Assembly (NCBI GenBank): GCA_004764695.1
Contig: SMSO01000037.1
Location: 4,378,747 to 4,442,746 of the forward strand
Length of the DNA stretch: 64,000 bases
Source: Schizochytrium sp. TIO01
Lineage: Eukaryota; Protista; Bigyra: Labyrinthulomycetes
Direction: 5' to 3'
The notes below the pieces were generated by a model. It saw nothing but the letters and a program-made list of their open reading frames with translations. It was not told the DNA's origin and searched no databases. Position 1 is the first letter of the stretch, and every line of letters begins with the position of its first letter. Positions 1 through 11,715 of the stretch are shown here, piece by piece. The translations under genes and the position numbers were made by a program.

Positions 1-448
1 TGGAGAAGAAAGAGGGAGGGAGCCTTAGTGCCTAGCTAGGGAGGGCCTACGTGCTTCAAGTTCGCAAAAGGTGCGTTTTACTGGGCTTTCTTTGGGACTT
101 CAAGGTTAGGCATGCGAGGATGTGGTAGCGCGAATGCATCCCATCGGGTGGGTAGGTGCTACGTGTGGTTTGCTGTGCTGGTTTCTTTCACCGTCTTCAA
201 TTTGCGCTACGAGTCCGCGTGCGTGTCCTTTCGGCGTTCTTTCTGCATTCTCGAAGGACGCCTCGAGGCTGTTTCTTATTGGTGCTGCGCCCGCCTTCTT
301 TTCCCGAGAGTTCGAAAGCATTTGTTTAGCTCAGACTCGTGCTCCAGCGATCGAGCCTCCATTGTCTCCTCTACATACATACACACTCACAAAAAGAACA
401 CACCCACGCACCTCAAAGAAGGTTCAGGAAAAGAAACACTCAGGAGGA

Positions 449-500
449 TATACATACATACATACATACATACATACATTTCACGTACATACATACATAC
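449..500. repeat. (TACA)n microsatellite
   Basis: tacatacatacatacatacatacataca with one interruption. Confidence 0.9.
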
Positions 501-895
501 AGACAAACCCACTACTACTACTGCTACTGCTAGAGAGACCACCTCCTTCCTTCTCTCTCTCTTCTTTTCTTGTACATCATTAGAATAAGAACGCTAATAA
601 GAACCAATAATAAAACAATAAAACGAAGACAATTAATCGCCATGCAGGCCTCTCGATGCGTCGTACGTATGAGAGCATACTTATCGCAGCGAGTGCGTGT
701 TTTCGCGAGGCCTCGTTTCTCGTGTTTGCATCTCGAGCAGCGAACGTTCTCGGTTGTCGATCGCCATCGGGTTTGGCTTCGTCAGAGGTGGTTACTGACA
801 CGTGCAGAGGCGGCGCTGCCAGCTGCTCCAGCTTCTTCAGGCTTCTCCAGAGCCTGAAATCTGCTGAAAGCACCGCAGAACTGGGCACGCCCTCC

Positions 896-979
896 TTGCT
901 TGCTTTGCTTGCTTTGCTTGCTTTGCTTGCGTTGCTTGCGTTGCTTGCGTTGCTTGCGTTGTTGCTTGTTTGCTTGCTT
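896..979. repeat. 9-bp tandem repeat TTGCTTGC(T/G), about 7 intact units plus degenerate units
   Basis: Seen directly; on the minus strand it reads ASN/ASK tripeptide repeats. Confidence 0.9.
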
Positions 980-1527
980 TCGTAGTCTTTGCGGGCTCGC
1001 GTGCTTGCCTCATCGTCGGCCTGTTTGTTCGCCTGCGTGCTTGTCCTGTCTCTGGTTCAGGTTGTTCAGGTTGCTTTCTCGATGCTGCGAGCATGCGCTT
1101 GGAGCCAGGAGAACAGGGTTCTGGACGATGCGGAGTCCAGGACTCTCGCTGGAAACGTGGTCAAGCCTGCATTTTAAGCCGCTCCGCTTCTTTTCCTTGC
1201 GCTTGTGGAGGTTCTCAACTCTGAGGCGAATGCTTTTGGCGTCTAGCCCAGCCTAGCACTGTCCTACGCCCTCTGTTTACTTGCAAGTGTTCTGTTCATG
1301 TCGGGAGCCTGAGGTTTCTTCATCTTCTTTGAAGAGGACAAAACGAAGAGATAAAATCGAGCCTCTGAGGCGTAGCATGTATTTCTATGTATTTCTATGT
1401 ACAACTATTCATTTTTAATTAATTATTTAATTAATTAATTAATTAAATAAATAAATAAAATAAAAGGGTAGAAACATAAAAATAAAGAGTGATGGAAAAG
1501 GGGTGTTACACTCCATCAATATCTAGC

Positions 1528-1590
1528 TTTTTATTTTTATTTTTATTTTTATTTTTATTTTTATTTTTATTTTTATTTTTATTTTTATTT
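1528..1590. repeat. (TTTTTA)n microsatellite
   Basis: About 10 perfect units. Confidence 0.95.
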
Positions 1591-4194
1591 AAAAAATTAA
1601 AAAAAATTAAAGTTTCGAAATTTTATAACTCGAACCCTTTTAGAATGGAAAATAGGCCCTATATTTCCATTCAATCAATTTTAAGTTTTGCTTAATTTAA
1701 TTTTGAAAAAGGTGGAAAGAAACAAAGACTTGTCCTCGTAGAGCGAGAGAGTGAAGAAGACAAAAGAGAGTGCGGTGCTCGTTCAGTCAGACGAAGTGCC
1801 GCCAAAGCGGACTAAATGCCATCATCGATAGGCTTAGTATCCAACTTTAACTCTGGGCAGTGATAATGAAAATGACCTTGTGAATGCTTGCTTGAAGCGA
1901 TCGCGCTCGCAAGCTTCAAAACCGAGAGAGTTCGAACGGCGTGCGTGCGTCAGAACCCAAGGCAGGCTGAAAACCTGGAACCTGGTGGGACTGTTCAGAC
2001 TCGTAGCAGTCTGGCATTGCTCCATTGCTCCAGGCTCAAATATGGCCGCTACCATCGCCTGGATCGATTGCGCGTGCGACTCGGAGTTTGGTAATTTGAC
2101 AGATCATGAGCGGCAGAAAGAAAGACAGCAGAAAGACAGCAGAAAGACGGGAAAGAGGAAATCAAGGAAGCATGGGGTTGGAACTGGAAGAAAGGAAAGA
2201 GAAAAGACCATAATAGTAGCCAAGTTTTTTTGTTTTAGTTTTTCACTTTTCACTTCTTTCAAATTTGGAAAGGAAAGTTCTTTTCTGCTTAAAAAAATAT
2301 TGTAGTTATTTTCGTAGAGGCCTACCGTGAGAGAGAAGGAAGACCATGAATACCTACTACATCGGCTTAAAGGAACATGCGAACCTGTTCCTAATGCCTA
2401 ACCGTTTGCTGGCCAACTCTCTCACTCACTGACTCTCTGTGACCTATGGTTATGCAAATAAGTAAGTAGGAAATATAATAAATTGATAAATTAGAAGGAG
2501 AACTTTCATCGTTTTGATAGACTGATCAACCACTCGTCCTGAGTTCTAGTTCAACCTTGTAGCTGCCAAGTTTAAGGCAACATATGCCGAGGGCAACGTT
2601 GCAATACAGCTAGTGCGCGGATTTACATTTCTCAATTCAAACCTCTTGCAAAAATTTTTTTAAAAAAATTAAGAGGCTATTTTCGAGGAGTAAGCGAGAT
2701 GATTAATTTGGGATCGCATATGATCAAATTCTCAGGATTTGTAAACGCTCTGGTCAACGCGTATTCTTATATAAAAACACACTACATCAATCATTAAGAT
2801 GAACAAGTAAGATAATGACAATACTTGTAAGTCATATCAAGATTGGGGTATAACTTGGACATTCATGTTGCTCTGAGGCTAGGTATTCCATTTTAAATAT
2901 CTATGAGTCCTTTCGATAGCATCACAAACTATAGATTTCTTTGTGGAAGGTTTATGATGATTGGTGTCTTAGCATTCTTTCCACTTCTTTGACTGTGAGC
3001 AAGGAACAAAGCTTTCAACGGGAATATTGCTTGAGGTATTGCAAAGCTTCTTACAAAGAATACCTGTCCTTTCGAATGGTTTCAGTTATAATCTAATCGA
3101 AGAGAAGAAATGCCAAATAAGCGTTGAGAGAAGGGATTTCATAATATTTGCCAATTCAACTATTCATTTACCATATTGCTCCTTTTTATCAAGTAAAATA
3201 TGGTTCTGCATCAGCAACTTTTCATTCGCTCTCAACTTTCTTTCTTTTTCTTGAAAAAAGAGATTTCCGCACTTCTCTCGCAATTTTTTTTAACAAATCT
3301 AGCATACCGTTAACTCCATCGGCATAAAACGAAATCACTCTCTATTGATCGTTCGAGGTAGTTGAGTTTTTCTGGAAAATGTTTCTACAAAATGAAAGTA
3401 CGCATCGTCCTTCTCAATTAGGGCGTGGCAGAGAATGTTTTCGAAGGCCATTGCTACCGGTGTTAATTCCTGAACGCTTCCTCTTCATTTTTGCGGTTGT
3501 TGGAAGATATTTTAGCAGCGTTGGGCAAATCTACTTCAAGAACTACGAAAGGAGATTTAGCAATTTACCAGACCACCCTAACAATAAATATATGTGGTTA
3601 CAACTGTGCACACATATCTCAAATCACTTGTTTTAGGGGCGTTTGGAACTTTGAGAGCACTTGCCCAATTTCCTCTTGATGTCACAGCTCATGGCTATCC
3701 AGGTAATTTAATTTTAATTTTTTTTTAACAAAAACCTATGACAGTCTATGGCATCATAGCAACAACTTATACCCGCTTCAAAGGAAAAGCTTTGGTAGAC
3801 AAAAACTTCGGCATATGGGTTTGCGGATACCGAGTTATGAGGTCCGATTTGAATAGAGCAGGAGGTCAACGATCGAGCCAGCAAACCTCCTGCTAACCAT
3901 TCATAGTTCCATCGTCACGACCAAGTCCAGGAGGATGTCGCCCACCTTCCCCACCTTGTTGCCGACGAACAAACGTCCTTACTCAATCAAGCCATGTGCT
4001 GCTTGAGGAGCCCTAGTGATGCCAATAATCAGATTCAGAATAATCTCCTACCATAGCGACGAAGTGGGCGCTTAGCTTTGCTTAATCTCGTAGGACAATC
4101 AAGTGCAGAGAACGTAGAACTCCTTCATATCGCATAACTTACTTCAAGGCACGGAGATGTTACCAAAATAGGCAGGCAATGTACTAGGTACCTG

Positions 4195-4252
4195 AGTATG
4201 ACATTGAAGGGAAACGTAGGTAGTATGACATTGAAGGGAAACACAGGTAGTA
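4195..4252. repeat. 27-bp tandem duplication (AGTATGACATTGAAGGGAAAC..AGGT x2)
   Basis: Copies start at 4195 and 4222; first 21 nt identical. Confidence 0.9.
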
Positions 4253-7200
4253 CTAGATGTTAATTTTCGAGGAGGGGGGAGAACCTGAAAGGCTATCTCT
4301 GGAATCAATCCTACAGTTTTCAAGAAAAGTTTGGGGCTTGAAGCAACCTGCAACTAAGAATAATGAAATGTTTTATTTTACGAATTTAGGAAATTTAAAT
4401 TGTTCTTTAAATAAAATAATAAAATAATATACACTTACAAATAGTAATATTTTTAAAATTAAAACTTTGAAAAACAAACAGAAAAGCATTTTCTCATTAC
4501 ATGCACTTAAATTGTTTTTGTTTATCATTTACCAATATTGTTTCCCGAAAAACACAGATGGAAAGAAAGTAAAAATGCGTGAGAATTCATCAACGATCGA
4601 GCGATCACTTGATTGGTGGGTGGGGTGGTTCTAGCTAGCTAGAGACTCCGCAAGAGTACTATAGAAAATATGTTTCCTACATTTAGCATTGGAATGATCA
4701 ATCATTTTTGGGGGGAGGAAGGGGGTCGTATAAATTCCAAATATGTCTGTAAATGGTGAGGGGAGTTCTTGTCATAGGGAATTGATTATGGGCCTATACG
4801 ATTTCTTAAACCATATAAGTTGAGCTGAATTTCCATCAAACAGAATGATAATATCCCCTGCCTTCAGGAGTCAATTTTATTTGCAACCTAACATTACATC
4901 TCGCTTTCTCAATGATGTTTTGCTTTTCTTCTTAATGACTGCATGAGCTAATGCTCCAAAGAGTCGTGCTTTACCAGACATGTGAGAAGGCTTCATTTTC
5001 ATTTTTTATTTGCCAATATGAAGACAAACCTGAACAACTTCGAACCACATTTATCTAAAGGAAGTTTTTCCAGCGAACACCAAAACAGAAAACTATTTTT
5101 TTAGGCTTCTTAGTTTTGTATTTGGACTTCCTCTGAACAGGGCATCGTGCGTTACCAAAGCACCCATCTGTTGATGTTATAATGTTGTGTAGAGAGGGGA
5201 CAATCAACGGTGCTATAGGAGCAGCCATTTCCAGCCTAGGGTATGAAAACTAGGTCTGACTCGCTGACAACCTACATTAAAAAACAGTAGAAAGAACACT
5301 ATTAAAAAATGAAGTTCGAAGAAAGAATGTAAATATATGAGTAAAATACTCATTAGGAGAAGCTGATCAGGAAATAAAAAGAAAAAGAAAGCTAATCAGG
5401 ATAGACAGATTTAAAAAAAAAAAAATGTAAATTATGAAGAGGCCTATTTATATGTTGAAAACAAGCTAACCGATTTCATACTAGTAGAGGTAGAGGGAAA
5501 GAAAGTAATAGATAGCCGAGGGGTTCCGATTTATTTGCGATCGTTTAGTAGGAGTACCCTTTTTCTATTGTGCCATTGCAGAAAGTCGAGCTTGGAAACT
5601 CTCGATGGTACCTCCTGCATAGTGCTACAGGTGCGGTAATAGGTATACCCTAATACTACATTACCAACCACAAGCGAGGATATGGTCAGCACATAATTTC
5701 GGCAAGTTCGTACACATAAATTATGTGAAAAGCAGTAGATACCCCTAATTTATGCGTTTGGCTGCTTGGCGACCTCAATGAGGAAAAACTTTCTTGCAGA
5801 ATACGATGCAGTCTTCTAGCTCCAACTGAGGCAAACTCTATGGAAAAATATGAAGCGAGTTGTCCAGAAAGGGCAGGCCCAACCTCTTTCTCTACTTCCG
5901 TGTTCTACAGAAGCTTCAATTACTCAAATAGACTGCACTCAGTAGAGTTCTGTGGTTGGCTGGCTGATATGCGACTTATGTATGTGACTGTGTGAGCGAG
6001 GTACCTCCTCTACTAGATATCGATGAGTGGGTTGTAAAGACAGAAAATCTATGAATCGTAGGTTCTGAATGTCTTGAATTGAGTTTTTGTTCAGGTGAGA
6101 TGATGCTTAGAAAAATACCCGACTGTTGAGAGAGCATCATAGTTTTAATACAGTATGCTTGCATGAAGAATTTCCGACACTGCATATTTGGCTCGATTGA
6201 CGGTGACGAAAGAACAAGAAAAGAATAAAAATGGAATAACATATGGATAATATTTGCTAATAGGCAGTTAGTATATTACTCAGGCTGTCACCACTGGTTT
6301 GATGCAAACGTTCAGCCGGGAACAGAATATACGGAAAATATACGAGGAACTGGACAAGGCTCAATTTTGACCACCGAAGAAGAAAACACACATGACAAAT
6401 AATTACAAATAATAATGAATAAAATAATATAAAATATCGAATTAAAAAAATTAAAAAATTAAAAAATATTCTGCTAAATCGGATTTGGACGACGCCAATT
6501 AATATATGGGAAATTATGATGAGAACTATCAATTCGGAGTTTATTGAGATTTAATCATGTCTATGCCTGTGCTAATACATGATGAACCCACGCACCTTCT
6601 ATTTAAAAATCGATATTGCGATAAAAAAAGATTACAAATTGGTGACTCTGTGCGCAATTTTCCGATCGTGTTAGCAACTTGCGCATATCGTATTTGAGCA
6701 GTTAACATCTCAAAGCATTTTGTCGAGCTTTTGCTCAATATTACGCTTGGCCAATGCATACTGTTGATAATAACGAGCTTATATTATTGCCAAGCGTTTA
6801 TGTCGTTCATGTTGAGGTGAAAGTGTTGTTGTAAACTATAAGATCAAAAATAGGTTTAGTGGGCCATAAACTTAGCGAGAGGAAAGAACCCAAATGCGTT
6901 AGAGTAGTTGTAAAAATGTATGTATCGTTTTATTTATTTATTGTAGAGCAAATAAATCAATGCACTATGTATCGTTGACTGCTATTCTTAGCCTAAGGCG
7001 AACTTTATGTCAAGCTAAAGGGCTACATGAAAAGATCATTTATAACATTGGACGAAGCACTTTGTATCGTCACTTTCAAGTATTGAATTTGTGTATTTCA
7101 CCTTGCATTAGTAAAAGGATTAAAAGTTAAATTAGCTGTATTTATTTAAAACCAATTTTGAATAGTTTCCTTACCTCCCCCTATTGACGGTGACCTCATT

Positions 7201-9615
7201 TTGCATTTCTCATTTTTAGCTGAATTCGACCTATATATGTTGAATCAACACTTTAATTTTTTTAAATAGCAAAATTCGTTTACACCGTAGCTACTCTGTG
7301 TCAAAATCCAGCAAAAAACTTCTCTCAACACAATTAGCTGTTTACTGTGTAACTTTCTTCTGGGCGAAATTAGAGAGAACGATAGAATGGATTCTAATAC
7401 GTAATACATCTACGCTTATTTTGTGGTAGTATTGACTGTTGAGAAGGTATGAGCTTAAATTTTGCTTCGTGACTCTCGCATTTGCTTTAATTGATCTTTA
7501 TCTTTAAAATGGATTTATATTATAAGCGGGCTAGCCTACAAAGCTAAAATTCGAGAGTTGACTTGGAAATTTTGATTGATGCACTAGCCACGCGACTCTT
7601 ACCCAACCTTCAAAGGTACCGGGAGGCTGACTACGTCAAACCATCCCATGAATCCTGTTTAGCGAAAGCGGCATACCGTTACAGGAAATGAGAAGCACTT
7701 TCGCCGCAACGACCAGCCAGGTGTTAAGTATCACAGAGTCTTATCTTGCCTCTCCTTTACTGGATTACTTGCATAAAAGCTCAGATGAAAACATAGCGCC
7801 ACTTATGGCTAGGTAGCCCTTTGCAACTTGAAGGACCGGTTGTGTGTACCATTATACCAATCGACCAGCTATTTTTCTGTATCTCTGGTTGGTCAGTGAA
7901 GACATGCAAACACCTTTTCTTGAGTACCCAGGTAGTGAACATTACATAGAAATGGTGAACAGAGAGTTAACAGAGCTCGCAAGCTTTATACTTAATGGTC
8001 ATAAGCAAGCCTAGCGAATAAGCCTGGCATATAGGTGGCTCTATAAATGTGCAGAGTGAAGGCGCGCGCCAAGTAGCGCAAGCCTGAACTGGCGAAATGG
8101 AGGCTGCGGTGTCCACCGGCCGTTAAAGATAAAACAAATTGAAAGTTTACTAATTCTTATTAGAATTGTAATTACTTTAAAAATTATTTAATCAACTCTG
8201 AATTAGTATAATTCAACGAAAACTACCAAAACCGGATGTTCGGACCCAACTTGAGCAAGATGTTTTACGCCTTCAAAAGACATCGAGGATCCTCGCAAGG
8301 AACATTTACTTTTCCAAGACTTCGAGCGTAGCATAGTGACATTCGAATGGCCAGAGCTATCAGTATAACGAGTAGATCAGTATATTGCAAAAGTTTTCGA
8401 AACCCTTTTTGTTCTCTAGTTCTACTCAAAAACTTTGAATGACGAAAATTCAGGCTCTTCTGGGCTTATCATATACAATATATAAAGTTCGCGTGCACAT
8501 ATCTAAGATTTTCGAGTCTCCTTGACAGCGATACCCCATCCACGAGCAGTGATATCCATGTGAAGACATAGTACGTAGGCGCAGTTTAATTTCCACAGGT
8601 TGTAGATCCTATATAGGTAGGCCTATATATTTAATAAATAATTAATTAATATTTTTTAATTTAAAATTTAAAATTAACTTTTAAAAAAGTAAAATTTGAG
8701 ACTTCAAACTGGACAAAAGCAATCGAGCCCGCACGCGTATTTGGCTTTCCCCTTCTAATCACTGTCGACCGGTCCGTCATGGACTCCAAATCGAATTTTC
8801 CTTTTGAAAGACGCATATTTATGCTATTGCGAACCATAAGAAGCAGGTACAATGCAAGCAACTTAGAATATCAGGGCCAGTTTTATGCATCTCGTCTTGG
8901 TTTGGGGATGCTATTAAAACATTACTTAGTACTACTTTTATTGGGGGTAGTAGAAGCCTTAACAATCTTAACAATATATACAAAAATCGCTTAACGAGAA
9001 CTGAATCTTAGTATAGAGACATTCTTTCAAAATATATATAATATAATTAGTAAATCAATTTAGGCCTAGTTCAGAGTTGCTAGTAAACTAGTTTACTCTA
9101 TTTGATTATATATAGATATACATACACACATATATATATATATATATAGATATCCTATATTAGGATATATAATCTGATTACTATCAACTGTATCTACCAG
9201 ACCTTACGTTGAATTGAATATACTTATATTTATCTGATTGTTTAAAAAAAGACGGGCTTTCTTACCATTTTACTCCAAAACACTGATTAAGTAATATGCT
9301 TGATGCTTTCACCTGACTCTTCCATAGTGTAAAGACGTACTCAAGTAGCGTATGACTGGTGAGCGAATTTAGTCGGCATTTCCAGTAATAGAAAACTGTG
9401 CTGTGCGTACAGTGCCCATAATGATTTTGCTGCCATCAAATTCTTGGCCACAATCTTATAAAATTCGTAAGAATTACGATATACTATCATTCGACATGCG
9501 GAGAATTCAAAACAGATCAAATTTTGGTTTTACAAGATTTCTGGAATACAAACCTCTGGTTTAAAAAGAGAACTCGCGCGCCCCACGCGAACATAACGTT
9601 TTTAAAGCCTAGGTT

Positions 9616-11715
9616 TTAGGTAGGAACAAACTCTGCAGGCCCATGCAAATCAACGAAGTTCATTAGCAGAGATAATATACAGAGAAGGGCCACTACCAAG
9701 CGGGAAATAGATAGTGAAGAAGGAGAAGGAGAAGGATGAGGAGAGGGCATCGTGCTCTTCGAAGACACGAAAGTAGATTTATCGGCCATCACGACAGGTT
9801 CAGTATCTTGGCCAGCTTCCACAGACTTGTTTTGAGGAGGAGATGGAGAGCAGGCTCTTTCATTAAGCTGTGAAACAGTCTGAACCTCAGCTTCTGTGCA
9901 ATGCACAAAAACATTTTCTGGTTTGCCCTCTACCGAGTCTGATTGGGTTGCCGAGTCTGATACACTAACTTCGATTTGTGTTGCTGATTCCGAAACAGAA
10001 ACCTCGGTGGTCTGCATTCCCGTTGACGTAGTTTCTAGTTTTCTTTGAAGAGCGACATCCAAAACGTTAAGAGGATCCGTGTCAAAATCTGTCTGCGACG
10101 ATGAGGTGCACACGTCATAAACTGCTGTTTCGGTTTCATCAGGCGGTAGCGAGGCCACGTCTGTGGAGGTGTTTAAATGCTCCACGGAACAATGCTTGGA
10201 AGCAAAGGCTGCAAGTTCTTCGTTGTCACGTTTTAAATCCTCTGCAAGATTCCGTAATTTCTGAACTTCATCTTCAAGTGCGTCCCGCTCAGACTGAAGA
10301 CGTCTTAAATCTCTTGCAAGCTCCTCTGCAGCATCGCCACTTTGGGGAGAAGATACATCACCTGTAAAACTAACAGAAGTACTCAACGGCGAGCCCATTG
10401 ACAATGTAGAAGCGGATCGAACAGACACGGACCTACTGCTATTCCCTCGCTTAGATGACGAGCGCTTAACCCTCTTTATGGGGAGAGAAGATTTAGCTTT
10501 ACTTACTTGAGCTTCTCCGAGTTGTTTTTTCAGTTCAGAGTTTTTCTCCTCAAGCTCCGTAATACACTGCCTGAGATCTTCAATCGTCAGTCTTTGCTCC
10601 TCTAACAAAGATTGGTTCTTTGAGCGTTCCTCGTTAAGGTCGTCAATGTCTTTTCCAGCTAGGTCAGTCTCCGTAGTTGCATCTTCAAGTTGCAGCTTTG
10701 ACCCAGGAGCATTCATTGGTGACCCGGGCTGCTCTTCAGCCGGGCTCATATCTTCGACAGACGTTTCATCTTGAACAACTGCTTCTTTGTCGAGACCGTT
10801 GCTACCGTCTTCTGTCACAACCTCTCTGCTGCTTTTGGTATCTATATCGGGCATTTCGAGATCATGAATCGATGTGCTTTTCTCGCTCTTTTTTAAAATA
10901 TTCTGAAGTTTAGACTCAAGTGTCTCAATATTACATTTTAATACGGTTTCCCTTGCACAGTGGTCCTCAGTCACACTAGACATCTTCTCTTCAAAATCTC
11001 GCTGAAGTACGTTACACTTGGTAGTCCAACGAGATTCCCAATCATCCTTGAGAGCCTTCAATTCTCGTTCTATCGCGTCCTTTTCTTCCCTTAATGTGAT
11101 TTGCTTGTTTTCAATATCTTTTTTGAGACGCTCATTCTCTGCCTTGAGACTACCCTGAATAGCTTCACAGTCTTCCTTTTTATTTTTTTCGCTCTCCAGC
11201 TGCCGTTCTACATCTTTATATGTCACATTTAACTTATTCAAGGACTCTTTCAGTGTAGAAATGTTTTGTTCTGAGGTCTTGATTGTATTCATTTCATTTT
11301 CCTGAAGACCACTTTTGTCTGCTAAGACGGATTCAAGTGTCTTAAGATGCCCCGTGAGCGCTTCAACAGACGTTTTACTTTCCTCCAAAGCAGAGTCGAA
11401 GGACAGATCTGTATCTGATATCGTGCGGGTTTGCTGCAGAGAAGATTTGGATGAATCCTTTGCAGTGGATGCTGCTGATTGAGCTCTCGTCGCCTTCGTT
11501 GATGCTTGTGATAGATTTGATGATCGTTGATGGTTTGATTGTTGATGGTTTGACACGGTGTGTTGATTTACTGCGTAGTTGAGTTCTCTTTCTTGTTTTT
11601 CTTGACTGCGATCCTTCATTGCATTTTGTTTGAGGACCTCCTCAAGTGTACTCCAGCCATTGGGATATTCTGGTAGAGCGCCATAGCTCGGCTTCGGCTT
11701 CGGGTTCGAACTCAT
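9616..11715 (-). CDS. Tail-anchored coiled-coil protein with C-terminal TM helix and KASH-like tail (…DLHGPAEFVPT)
   Basis: Long ORF (open to 11853; first ATG at 11715, MSSNPKPK); heptad-rich E/K/L segments; C-terminal hydrophobic RLVVALLCILSLLMNFV followed by an 11-aa tail. An upstream exon cannot be excluded. Confidence 0.85.
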   Translation of the reverse strand: MSSNPKPKPSYGALPEYPNGWSTLEEVLKQNAMKDRSQEKQERELNYAVNQHTVSNHQQSNHQRSSNLSQASTKATRAQSAASTAKDSSKSSLQQTRTISDTDLSFDSALEESKTSVEALTGHLKTLESVLADKSGLQENEMNTIKTSEQNISTLKESLNKLNVTYKDVERQLESEKNKKEDCEAIQGSLKAENERLKKDIENKQITLREEKDAIERELKALKDDWESRWTTKCNVLQRDFEEKMSSVTEDHCARETVLKCNIETLESKLQNILKKSEKSTSIHDLEMPDIDTKSSREVVTEDGSNGLDKEAVVQDETSVEDMSPAEEQPGSPMNAPGSKLQLEDATTETDLAGKDIDDLNEERSKNQSLLEEQRLTIEDLRQCITELEEKNSELKKQLGEAQVSKAKSSLPIKRVKRSSSKRGNSSRSVSVRSASTLSMGSPLSTSVSFTGDVSSPQSGDAAEELARDLRRLQSERDALEDEVQKLRNLAEDLKRDNEELAAFASKHCSVEHLNTSTDVASLPPDETETAVYDVCTSSSQTDFDTDPLNVLDVALQRKLETTSTGMQTTEVSVSESATQIEVSVSDSATQSDSVEGKPENVFVHCTEAEVQTVSQLNERACSPSPPQNKSVEAGQDTEPVVMADKSTFVSSKSTMPSPHPSPSPSSLSISRLVVALLCILSLLMNFVDLHGPAEFVPT

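Noticed and set aside
112-588. Overlapping 153-158-aa plus-strand ORFs
   Set aside because: Length comes from stop-free TACA/CTA/CT microsatellites; no protein-like content
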